Below are positions 1 through 9,018 of a DNA stretch of 64,000 nt, one piece after another; the first letter of the stretch is position 1; every line of letters begins with the position of its first letter. The stretch is taken from contig CAXXQS010000001.1 of assembly GCA_963674735.2 (NCBI GenBank), positions 2,336,001-2,400,000 of the forward strand, in the 5' to 3' direction. Below the pieces are notes generated by a model. That model saw nothing but the letters and a program-made list of their open reading frames with translations. It ran no database searches and had not been told where the DNA came from. The stretch is from Myxococcota bacterium (lineage in GTDB: Bacteria > Myxococcota_A > SURF-8). Made by a program: the position numbers and the translations under genes.

Positions 1-2
1 TT

Positions 3-671
3 ACCATTTACTTTGTTTTGGAAATCTCACTCAAACTGTTCTTTGAGAAATGGCAAGTCTTTTGGTCCAAGGGCTGGAATATTTTTGACTTCATCATCGT
101 GACCCTTTCCAGTCCCATCCTGTTTGCCCCACTCATTGGGAGCGACGAGTTTTCCTTCCTAATCATCTTTAGACTTCTCCGCATTCTCCGTTATTTTCGA
201 TTGTTGCGTTTTATTCCAGACCGCCAGCACATTGCCATTGGCATCATCCGATCACTCAAAGCTTCAATTGGCGTATTCCTGATCGTCCTTCTGTATAATT
301 TCATCCTGTCTCTTAGCGCAGTTTACCTCTTTCGCGATGTGGCCCCTGGTTATTTTGATAATCCATTCATGGCCATATATGCCGTATTCCGTGTATTCAC
401 GGTTGAAGGCTGGTATGAAATCCCCGAGCTAATCGCCGCTAACAGCTCTGACGGATTTGCAGCATTTGCTAGGCTTTATTTTGTATTCACTGTTTTCAGT
501 GGTGGAATTCTGGGATTCTCGTTGGCAAATGCTGTTTTTGTAGATCAGATGACAAGCGACAACGTTGACAAGTCCGAAAAGAAAATTGATGATTTACAAA
601 ATTGCGTCGAAGATCTAAAACACCATCTCCTAAGGATCGAAAACCTCATTCAAAGACATTCAGATAAGTGA
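3..671 (+). CDS. Ion transport protein, bacterial voltage-gated Na/Ca channel (BacNav/NaChBac-like); 5' end outside window
   Basis: Frame open from window edge (TIYFVLEISLK, S2). S3 WNIFDF, Arg-rich S4 FRLLRILRYFRLLR, pore filter TVEGWY, S6 ANAVFVD, C-terminal coiled coil. Confidence 0.88.
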   Translation, partial: TIYFVLEISLKLFFEKWQVFWSKGWNIFDFIIVTLSSPILFAPLIGSDEFSFLIIFRLLRILRYFRLLRFIPDRQHIAIGIIRSLKASIGVFLIVLLYNFILSLSAVYLFRDVAPGYFDNPFMAIYAVFRVFTVEGWYEIPELIAANSSDGFAAFARLYFVFTVFSGGILGFSLANAVFVDQMTSDNVDKSEKKIDDLQNCVEDLKHHLLRIENLIQRHSDK

Positions 672-706
672 AATAGCAAATATTCCCATAAACAGAGGAG
701 GACAAA

Positions 707-1585
707 ATGAATAAAAAAGTCAAAGATAGGATTAAGAAAGGCTTATCGAAATTCAAACCTATTTTACAGTCTGCAGTTGATCGTGATATTAGCGAAGCTG
801 ACACAGTACACATCATCCATGATATGTTGAATGAGATTATGGGCTGGGATAAGTACGCAGAAATCACTACGGAATATAAAATCCGCAACACATATTGCGA
901 TTTGGCAATTAAATTCGATGGAAAGCTTAAGTACCTTATCGAGGCAAAAGCCATAGGCTCTGACTTGAAGGAAAATCACTTACGTCAAGCTGTATCTTAT
1001 GCTGCAACTGAGGGTACGGATTGGGTGGTTTTGACCAACGGGCGAGTTTGGCAGGTACATCAGGTAATCCTCGATAAAAAGGTTCTAAACAAGCAAATTC
1101 TGTCATTTGACCTGCTGAACCTGACCATTCAGGCGCAAGATTTGTACGACATGCTGTTTACGCTTTGCAAAGAAGCGGTGAAAAAGGAAGCGATCGAAAG
1201 CTATGCCGCCCGGCAATCTGTGCTAAACAGGCATATTCTGGCTGCCCTAATGTTGAGTAAGCCTATGGTTGATTCGCTACGAAGAGAAATCAGGAGGCTT
1301 AATAAAGATGTGAAGGCGTCCCCTGAGGAAATTATCGAAATCTTGAAAGCAGATGTAATCAAGAGAGAATTACTAGAAGGTGAGCGTGCGGTAAAAGCGA
1401 AGTCCAAAATCAAACGGGCCGTAAACAAGCGTTTGAGAGAAGTTAAAACTAAAAAGGAAGCATCAGAGAACACAGCCGACACTTCAACCGACAAGTTGGA
1501 TGACACAGCTGAAACAGCATCTCTTCCGAGAGGACTGTCAACATCGCCACAACCAATTGAAAAAGAGAAGCCTTGGGAAGTTTGA
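707..1585 (+). CDS. Stand-alone type I restriction HsdR N-terminal-like PD-(D/E)XK nuclease domain protein
   Basis: SEADT..MGWD..EY..CDLAI..LIEAK..Q..Y..VLTNGRVW motif series; RBS GAGGAGG; AT-rich coding. Confidence 0.75.
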   Translation: MNKKVKDRIKKGLSKFKPILQSAVDRDISEADTVHIIHDMLNEIMGWDKYAEITTEYKIRNTYCDLAIKFDGKLKYLIEAKAIGSDLKENHLRQAVSYAATEGTDWVVLTNGRVWQVHQVILDKKVLNKQILSFDLLNLTIQAQDLYDMLFTLCKEAVKKEAIESYAARQSVLNRHILAALMLSKPMVDSLRREIRRLNKDVKASPEEIIEILKADVIKRELLEGERAVKAKSKIKRAVNKRLREVKTKKEASENTADTSTDKLDDTAETASLPRGLSTSPQPIEKEKPWEV

Positions 1586-1774
1586 CAAGGAATTGGAGGA
1601 ACTGCCTCCATAGCAATTTACTTCACGTTGGAGCATGCCTCTGTCATGCTCCATTCGTTTGTCTTATGGCGATGTAACAAGTCGGAATTTTGTCGAAACC
1701 CCGAACTCAAGACAATCATCAAGAGCAGGACGGGAGCCCTGCTCTAGCAAAAACGACGCTGGAGCCCGTCGGAG

Positions 1775-1807
1775 ACGCGCTCCAACATGTGAACGCGCTC
1801 CAACATG
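1775..1807. repeat. 15-bp direct repeat ACGCGCTCCAACATG x2 (18-bp period), with related inverted GTTGGAGC motif at about 1627
   Basis: Seen directly at 1775-1789 and 1793-1807; hairpin TGGAGCATG/CATGCTCCA near 1629-1653. Confidence 0.6.
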
Positions 1808-1872
1808 GGGATGACAAGATAGAACGGAATCGACACGCAGGCCAGATCAATCACTTCATCCTGAATTCTCAG

Positions 1873-3753
1873 TCACTCGGCCTTCATTCGTCGCCGTCCT
1901 CGGCGGGTAAGTTCGATCAGCACCAGCGACACGGCGGCGGGGGTGACGCCCGAAATACGCCCCGCCTGTCCGATGGTGCGCGGGGTAAAGGTTTCGAGCT
2001 TCTCGCGCACCTCGCGGCTTAAGCCGCCGACGCCCGCGTAGTCGAAATCCTCGGGAATCACGAGGTCTTCCATCTTGCGCTGCCGTGCGGCCATCTCCTC
2101 CTGGCGGCGGATGTAGCCCTCGTATTTCAACGCCACCTCGATCTGCGCGCGCACACTGGGAACAAGTTCGCCAAATCCGGGATCGAGTTCGGGCAGGTCT
2201 TCCGGCAGCAACTCGGGACGCTTGACCAGCCGCTCCAGGGTGCTCGGCTCGCTCAGTTCGCTCGATCCGCGCCGAACCAACAGGGCATTCAGCGCCTCCG
2301 ACGGCATCACCACCGTGTGGCGCGCGCGCCGGATTTCGTCCGCGATGGACGCCATTTCCGCTCGTAGCCCCTCCACCTCTTCATCCGATACCAAACCGAC
2401 CTCGTGCCCGATTTCCGTCAACCGGTAATGCGCGTTGTCTTCGCGCAGCAGCAGACGATGTTCGGCCCGACTGGTAAACATACGGTAAGGCTCCTCGGTG
2501 CCGAGCGTCACCAGGTCGTCGATCAACACACCGATATAAGCCTGGTCACGACGCAAGACCACCGGCGGCTTGTCTTGGAAAGTCCGCGCAAGGTTGATCC
2601 CGGCCATCAGGCCCTGGGCAGCGGCTTCCTCATAACCGGAGGTGCCGTTGACCTGACCGGCGAAGTACAGCCCCGCCACCCCTTTGCTTTCCAGGGTGGG
2701 CTTGAGTTGAGTGGGTGGAATGAAGTCGTATTCGACCGCGTAACCCGGCTGCAGAATGACGGCGTCCTCCAGCCCCGGGATGGTCTTCAACATACCGCGC
2801 TGAATATCGAGCGGCAGGCTGGTGGAGAGTCCGTTGGGATAGATGCGTTGGCGGTCCAGTCCTTCGGGTTCGAGAAACAACTGATGGCGGATCTTTTCGG
2901 GAAACCGCACCACCTTGTCTTCCACCGACGGACAGTAGCGCGGCCCCACCCCTTCGATCACGCCGGTGAACAGCGGAGAGCGGTCGAGCCCCGAACGGAT
3001 GACATCATGGGTTTTTTCGTTGGTGGCGGTAATAAAGCAGGAGACCTGGGGCAGCTTGAAGCCGTCGGAACGTCGCGAAAAGGGAATCTGCAGCTTGTCC
3101 GAACGCTGTTCCTCGGTTTTGGACCAGTCGATAGTGTCCTTGTCCAGCCGCGCCGTGGTGCCGGTTTTCAACCGCGCAAGCCGAAAGCCCAAACGCCGCA
3201 GTCCATCCGACAAGCCCAAAGCGGGCGGATCGTCCACCCGACCGCCGGGAATGCGCTCCAACCCGATGTACATGCAACCGTCGAGGAAGGTGCCCGCCGT
3301 GATAATCACGCCACGGGCGGCCAGACGGCGTCCATCGGCCAGAAGCGCCGCCCGGATACGCCCGCCACTCACTTCCAGATCGACCACCATACCGTCGATC
3401 ACGCTCAGGTTGGCTTGCGTCGTCACCGCCGCCGTCATACGTAGCACGTAGCGGTCCATGTCCGACTGCACGCGGCTGGCGCGCACGGCGGGGCCTTTGC
3501 GGGTATTGAGACGGCGGAACTGGATGGCGGTGTCGTCGGCCGCCCAGGCCATTTCTCCGCCCAGGGCATCGATTTCACACACAAGTTGGCCCTTGGCCAA
3601 CCCGCCGATGGCCGGGTTGCACGACATCTCGCAGATGCGCGCCGGGTCGCTGGTCACCAGCGCCGTGGCATAGCCCAAACGCGCCAACGCCAAAGCCGCT
3701 TCGGCCCCGGCATGACCCGCCCCCACCACGACTGCATCGAACCCTTCACTCAT
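1873..3753 (-). CDS. mnmG: tRNA uridine-5-carboxymethylaminomethyl(34) synthesis enzyme MnmG (GidA)
   Basis: GAGHAG FAD motif, [57 protein letters not shown]. Confidence 0.98.
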   Translation of the reverse strand: MSEGFDAVVVGAGHAGAEAALALARLGYATALVTSDPARICEMSCNPAIGGLAKGQLVCEIDALGGEMAWAADDTAIQFRRLNTRKGPAVRASRVQSDMDRYVLRMTAAVTTQANLSVIDGMVVDLEVSGGRIRAALLADGRRLAARGVIITAGTFLDGCMYIGLERIPGGRVDDPPALGLSDGLRRLGFRLARLKTGTTARLDKDTIDWSKTEEQRSDKLQIPFSRRSDGFKLPQVSCFITATNEKTHDVIRSGLDRSPLFTGVIEGVGPRYCPSVEDKVVRFPEKIRHQLFLEPEGLDRQRIYPNGLSTSLPLDIQRGMLKTIPGLEDAVILQPGYAVEYDFIPPTQLKPTLESKGVAGLYFAGQVNGTSGYEEAAAQGLMAGINLARTFQDKPPVVLRRDQAYIGVLIDDLVTLGTEEPYRMFTSRAEHRLLLREDNAHYRLTEIGHEVGLVSDEEVEGLRAEMASIADEIRRARHTVVMPSEALNALLVRRGSSELSEPSTLERLVKRPELLPEDLPELDPGFGELVPSVRAQIEVALKYEGYIRRQEEMAARQRKMEDLVIPEDFDYAGVGGLSREVREKLETFTPRTIGQAGRISGVTPAAVSLVLIELTRRGRRRMKAE

Positions 3754-3913
3754 GCTTTTCTTCCTGCTATCGAACCGGCCAAGAACCTAGCACCGCCCGT
3801 GCCGCTTGGCAAGGTGGAAGCGCAAAGAAAAACCAAAAATTGCCAAGAGCGACAAGACAAGCTAAACTCGTTTTTTTTCGTTTCTCACGCAACTGACCGG
3901 GCGGGAGGTAGTT

Positions 3914-6253
3914 TTGCTCGATCGATTCGCACACCTGATTATCCGTTTCCGCTGGTGGGTGATGTTCGTCTATGTCGCGGTTTCGGTCTTCCTGCTTTAC
4001 CACGCCTCCGGCATCGGCTTTTCCTACACCTTCAAGCAATTTTTCCCGGAAAACAACGCCATCGTCGATATTTACGAACAGATGGCGAGCGATTTCGGCG
4101 AAGACGATACCGCCCTGTTGATCGCCTTCGAAGGGGAACGCGTCTTTACCCCGGAAGTACTTAAAGCTTACGCCGACTACCACGAAAAGCTGGCTCATCT
4201 GGACGGAATCGTGGAGGTGGATTCCATCATCAACGCCCTGCGGCCCACCCTGGAAGACGATACCCTTTCGATCACCGAATTGTTCGACCCGGTGCCGGAC
4301 GATCCGAGTATCATCGCCGAACGCAAACGCTATCTGGTCGACAGCGAGTTGTATCGCGGTTCGACCATCTCCAACGACGGAAACGCCATCCTGCTGGTGG
4401 CTCGCATCGATCCGGCCCGCAACAACGGGCAGGACCGCAAACCCGTCCTCGACGCCGTCGAGGCGCTCAACCGTGAACTGGCCGCCGGCACCGGCCAATT
4501 CGTCAAGCTGGGGGGCGTTCCCTTCTCGCGCACCGGTTACACCGAGCTCATGACCATGGAAACCGCCAAAATGACCGGCGGCGCGGGCTTGGTGATTCTC
4601 ATCATCCTGATCCTCACTTTCCGGCATTGGGCCGGGGTTTTGTTTTCGCTGGTGATCGTCATCCTGGCCACCCTGGCCCCCATCGGGACCATGGCCTTGC
4701 TCGACATCAAAATCAGCCTGATGAGCACCGTCCTACCGGTTATCGTCATGATCACCGGCGTGGCCAATTCCATTCATTTCCACACCCGTTACTACGAAGA
4801 ACTTAAACGTGGACGCGACCGCACCACGGCGATCGTCGAAACCACCCGCCATCTGGCGGTGGCGCTGTTCATCACCTCCGTCACCACCAGCATCGGTTTC
4901 AGTATCCTGGCTACCACCGACATCAAAATTCTCGGTGATTTCGGATTGTTCACGGGCTTGGGAGTGGTCGCCTCCTATCTCATCACCATCACGTTTTTGC
5001 CCGCCGTACTGGCGATTATTCCGCCGCCGCCACGACACTTGCTGGAACGCTTTTTCTCCGGCGGCTCCAAGCGGTTTCTCGAATTCGTCGAACACGCCAC
5101 CACCCGCCATCGGGTCGTCAGTGTGGGAATCTGCCTGATTATCGGGCTGACGTCCGCCTATTATGCGACGACCATGGAGCGTAAACAGAAGATCCAGGAC
5201 GACCTGGACGACGACCACCCCATCATCGAAACCCTGCACTATTTCGAGAACAAGCTGGGCGGCGTGCTCCCGATGGACGTCCTGATCGATACGGGCACCC
5301 AAAACGGCGTGAAAGAGCCGGAGGCGATGCATTTCGCCGAAGCCGTAAAGAATCGGCTTGAAGGCTTCGAGGAAATTAAAAAAGTCTATTCCCCTTCCAC
5401 CTTCATCCAAGAAATCGCCATCACCCTCAACCCGGACGATCCGGCCGCCGCGCAGGTACCCGACAGCCGGGCGGCCATCGCGCAGTATCTGCTTTTGTAT
5501 GACATGAATGTGGACAATCCCCTGGACGACCTGATCACCCCCCGTTCCGATCGCATGCGTGTCTCCTCTCGCATCGATGACGTCTACTCGCCGCGCGCCC
5601 GCGAGGTTTTCACCGAAATCGAAACCTGGCTGAATGACCACACCCCGGCAGGCATCAAGAGCCATCTGACGGGCCTGAGTCCGGTGGCGCACGTCATCAA
5701 CACTTACGTGGTCAACGAAATCTTTTTCACCTTTCTCTGGGCCCTGGGCATCATCACACTGCTTTTAATCGTTCAGTTCCGTTCCTGGCGCTTGGGGCTT
5801 CTCTCGCTCATCCCCAACTTCTTCCCGCTGGCCACGATCCTGGGCATGATCGGCGCCTTGGATATCAATCTGAAGCCCAGTTCCGCCATTACTTTTTCAA
5901 TCGCGCTGGGTATCGCCGTGGACGATACCGTCCACTACATCACGCGCTTTATTCAGGAGTATCAGCAGCACCACGATCCCGAACGCGCGGCCCGCCGTGC
6001 CATTTACGGCACCGGAAAAGCCATGGTTTTCACCACCATCGTGCTGGTCAGCGGCTTCCTGGTGCCTGTTCTAATGAGCCAGGTGCGTGCCAATCACGAA
6101 TTCGGGATTTTGTCTGTTGGCGCGATCAGCATGGCGCTTCTGGCCGATTTATTCGTGCTACCCGTCATATTGCCGTTGCTTTTCCGCTCCTCGGCCTCCG
6201 CAAAATCTCCCATCCTCCCCTTGGCTGACAAAGAAAATACTGAACAAATTTAA
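3914..6253 (+). CDS. RND superfamily MMPL-type transporter
   Basis: Two repeats of one TM, periplasmic loop and 5 TMs; motifs GVANSIH, TSVTTSIGF, GIAVDDTVH. Confidence 0.88.
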   Translation: MLDRFAHLIIRFRWWVMFVYVAVSVFLLYHASGIGFSYTFKQFFPENNAIVDIYEQMASDFGEDDTALLIAFEGERVFTPEVLKAYADYHEKLAHLDGIVEVDSIINALRPTLEDDTLSITELFDPVPDDPSIIAERKRYLVDSELYRGSTISNDGNAILLVARIDPARNNGQDRKPVLDAVEALNRELAAGTGQFVKLGGVPFSRTGYTELMTMETAKMTGGAGLVILIILILTFRHWAGVLFSLVIVILATLAPIGTMALLDIKISLMSTVLPVIVMITGVANSIHFHTRYYEELKRGRDRTTAIVETTRHLAVALFITSVTTSIGFSILATTDIKILGDFGLFTGLGVVASYLITITFLPAVLAIIPPPPRHLLERFFSGGSKRFLEFVEHATTRHRVVSVGICLIIGLTSAYYATTMERKQKIQDDLDDDHPIIETLHYFENKLGGVLPMDVLIDTGTQNGVKEPEAMHFAEAVKNRLEGFEEIKKVYSPSTFIQEIAITLNPDDPAAAQVPDSRAAIAQYLLLYDMNVDNPLDDLITPRSDRMRVSSRIDDVYSPRAREVFTEIETWLNDHTPAGIKSHLTGLSPVAHVINTYVVNEIFFTFLWALGIITLLLIVQFRSWRLGLLSLIPNFFPLATILGMIGALDINLKPSSAITFSIALGIAVDDTVHYITRFIQEYQQHHDPERAARRAIYGTGKAMVFTTIVLVSGFLVPVLMSQVRANHEFGILSVGAISMALLADLFVLPVILPLLFRSSASAKSPILPLADKENTEQI

Positions 6254-6425
6254 ACGGATAGAAATCTTTCAAGGAGATTGAGGCATCACGCATCACGCAT
6301 TGCGCCATGCCTCTCGTTTTTTCGCTTGCCACGACTAACGCGTTGTGTCATATTTTGAATGGCTCAACGGGCGTCGCCCGGTTCATGTGATTTGTACAAC
6401 ACAACCGCCCCTTTCAGGAGGCCAC

Positions 6426-7277
6426 ATGCTGCAGTTGGATCATGATCTGGCCCTTCTTAATGAAGTCAATATTTCCAATGTCTGGTTGTTAAGCGATAGC
6501 GACGGACACCGCTTCCTCATCGACAGCGGCGACCATCGCGAACGTCCTTTTTTGCGGCTGGCGCTCAAACGGGCCGGATTGACGTCCCCCGGAGATTTGA
6601 CGGCGATTCTCCTGACACATTGTCATCGCGATCACGCTGGTAACGCCGCCTGGCTGCGGCGCAAATTCCAATGCCCGGTCATCTGCCACCGCGCGGATAG
6701 CGCTTTTCTAAGCGGCCGAACCGCTCAACCTCGGTTATCCGCACGTCCTCTGGCGCTGCATTACAAGATCGCCTGCGCCTTGCAGGACTGGCATCCCGCC
6801 CTGTGCCCGGTGGACGATACGTTCAGCGACGGCCTGTGGCGTTGGGGATTTCAGGTTTTCCATACTCCGGGACACACCGATGGCTCGGTGATGTTATTCC
6901 ACGAACCCAGCGCAACCTTGTTTTCGGGAGATGCGGTGCTCAACGGCCCAGCCCCCTTCCGTCTATGGGAAGCCTTGCGGCTGGCCATGACCGAGTTCTC
7001 CCCGGAAGTGGAACGCTGTCATCGCTCGACAGCCGCTTGGATTCCTTTGCTACCGGAGATTTCGCGTTTGTGCGCCGGACATGGTCCCATCGTTCGCGAG
7101 GATGTGAACGCCAAACTGCGTGCCATGCTTTACGTCGAAAGCCCGAAAGATCCCACGATTGCATCGCGTTTGGTGGAAGCCGCACAGCATGCACTATGGC
7201 GTTTGCGCTACCGATTCCCCCGCCCGAAGCGTCTGCGAGCCTTCATGCAGAAAGCCACGGAACTGGGTCCCACTTGA
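6426..7277 (+). CDS. Metallo-beta-lactamase-fold metallohydrolase
   Basis: LIDSG, THCHRDHAG, TPGHT, FSGDA, GHG. Start placed at ATG 6426 behind CAGGAGG. Confidence 0.88.
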   Translation: MLQLDHDLALLNEVNISNVWLLSDSDGHRFLIDSGDHRERPFLRLALKRAGLTSPGDLTAILLTHCHRDHAGNAAWLRRKFQCPVICHRADSAFLSGRTAQPRLSARPLALHYKIACALQDWHPALCPVDDTFSDGLWRWGFQVFHTPGHTDGSVMLFHEPSATLFSGDAVLNGPAPFRLWEALRLAMTEFSPEVERCHRSTAAWIPLLPEISRLCAGHGPIVREDVNAKLRAMLYVESPKDPTIASRLVEAAQHALWRLRYRFPRPKRLRAFMQKATELGPT

Positions 7278-7362
7278 TCCACTTCTCGGCAACACAAAAG
7301 TTACAAAGATCCGAGAGATCCACAAAGCGTTTGAGGCGAAACCCGTCTGGGGGAAAGAAGCA

Positions 7363-8049
7363 CTAAGGCGCAATCGCTCGATCGACGTAGTCTTCAATCA
7401 ATCGCTGTTCAGGATGATTGCGATCGAATTCGACTCCAACCAACCAGTTGTTGTTCTTTAGCTCGGCACGTCTTACGATGCTGGAAAGTCGGGTAATGCT
7501 AACACCGTTGGGAAGTGCAAACGAAAGGACGACTTCCTCGCCGACCTTTACCTCGCCAAGCAACTTGAGCAACGCTCCGGTCGCACTGATGTTCATGGTG
7601 AATTCGGAGTCACTGACGGCACCTTCACGTAAAACCGAGACCACCAACGGAAGTCGCGGACTACGCCGCAAACTGACCTCTTCGAGCGTCAGCGGATAAT
7701 CGAGAACCGTCAGATTGAGCGGCGGTCCGACGTTGAGCTTGACCTTCGATTGAAAGCCAAGTACTTTACCATTGCAAAAATAGCGTACATGCACCGGAAT
7801 ATCCGGATCGACCACCAGTGTTTCCGAATTCTTTTTCGGTGTCTCCACGATGAAATACTGACGACGCCCACAACCGACAAACGAGCTGCATGCCTGCTCA
7901 TGATCATCGTTCCAGACGAAGTCGAGATACACATCGTCACCGATGTGGGTGGGAATCATGGCATCTTGTTCAAGTTTGGATACCTTCCGATACGATCGTT
8001 GTTTATCCAAAAACAACTCAGCCGGACTTAAACGAGAAACGGTTTCCAT
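7363..8049 (-). CDS. PilZ-domain c-di-GMP effector (flagellar brake YcgR/DgrA-like)
   Basis: RRSPR (RxxxR) and NISATG (D/NxSxxG), C-terminal VGVEF. Start at ATG 8049 behind GGGGAG; TTGACA-17-GAAAAT upstream (8138-8110). Confidence 0.82.
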   Translation of the reverse strand: METVSRLSPAELFLDKQRSYRKVSKLEQDAMIPTHIGDDVYLDFVWNDDHEQACSSFVGCGRRQYFIVETPKKNSETLVVDPDIPVHVRYFCNGKVLGFQSKVKLNVGPPLNLTVLDYPLTLEEVSLRRSPRLPLVVSVLREGAVSDSEFTMNISATGALLKLLGEVKVGEEVVLSFALPNGVSITRLSSIVRRAELKNNNWLVGVEFDRNHPEQRLIEDYVDRAIAP

Positions 8050-8426
8050 ACTACTTCTCCCCAAATTGGAATCCGCCGTTGAGAGGCTTTCCTTGATTAT
8101 TATAAGTGTATTTTCACATTTCAGCACATGGCTGTCAACAAAAACTAAATACTTATAATAGTTATTAACTTACAATAAAAGTTTGCCCGTAATGACAACT
8201 GTCGTTTCCGTAAAAAGATAGGAAGGATATCACCCCTGAATGCGGGAATATTTAGGCCGCCTACTCCTATCCAAAAGCCAGAGACCCACAACTTGAAAAA
8301 GACGAATACCTGACAGCCGCTTTTCGCAATCTTATCACCCGGCGCGGCCCATCCTCACACGGATACGGTGGGAAAAGGAACGTCGATAAAAATTAAGATC
8401 CTTATTTCAACGAAAAGGAGTCCGCG

Positions 8427-8870
8427 ATGTCGACCAAAGAAACATTGTCATTCCTGACCGAAACCCTTAAAAAATGGCAGAATATCGAAAAGGCCAGCAT
8501 CAAAATGGCCGAAAGCAAGAAGGAGCGCACTAAAAATCCCTTGATCCGCACGGTTCTTGACATCCTTGAAAGAGATTCCCGCTACCATTTCGAGTTGCAG
8601 CAGATGCTGATCGACAGCTTGACCAAGCAACCCCTCGAAATGAACGTGGATGACATCGGTCTGATTACCGAAATCATCGACAAGCACCACAAGATCGAAA
8701 AGGATGTCATCGCCATCGGACAAAACGCCCGCGACGTCCTGGGCCCCAAGGGCGGCTTTGTGCTACAGAAATTCATCCTGAACTATCTGATCACCGACGA
8801 AGCGAAGCACGACACGCTGCTGGAAGGCCTGTCGCAGGTCAAGAAAGGTATGTATCCTTACGGCAGCTAA
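8427..8870 (+). CDS. Small ferritin-like four-helix bundle protein
   Basis: Duplicated E...D(S/E)xxH pattern (IEKAS..DSRYH; IEKDV..DEAKH); strong RBS AAGGAG. Confidence 0.6.
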   Translation: MSTKETLSFLTETLKKWQNIEKASIKMAESKKERTKNPLIRTVLDILERDSRYHFELQQMLIDSLTKQPLEMNVDDIGLITEIIDKHHKIEKDVIAIGQNARDVLGPKGGFVLQKFILNYLITDEAKHDTLLEGLSQVKKGMYPYGS

Positions 8871-9018
8871 GGTGAATCGGGAAAGTCGGGACAGCCAAAC
8901 AGCCGGAACATCATCGGTTCCCGACTCGATTTCTATTACAGGCGACTGGTTCCGTTCATCGGGAGATGCCTGAGAAGCTTATGTTGTCTTCGATAAACAT
9001 GAAATTTGGGGAGGAAGG

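Noticed and set aside
6283-6300. GCATCAC x2.5 micro-repeat
   Set aside because: Too short to distinguish from chance.
6426-7277. Beta-lactamase (antibiotic resistance) call
   Set aside because: Only generic MBL-fold motifs and no signal peptide; substrate cannot be assigned.
8270-8300. AAGCCAGAGACC resembling the cobalamin riboswitch B12 box
   Set aside because: The upstream conserved core (GGGAA..GGTG..AATCC..CCCGC.ACTGT) was not found.
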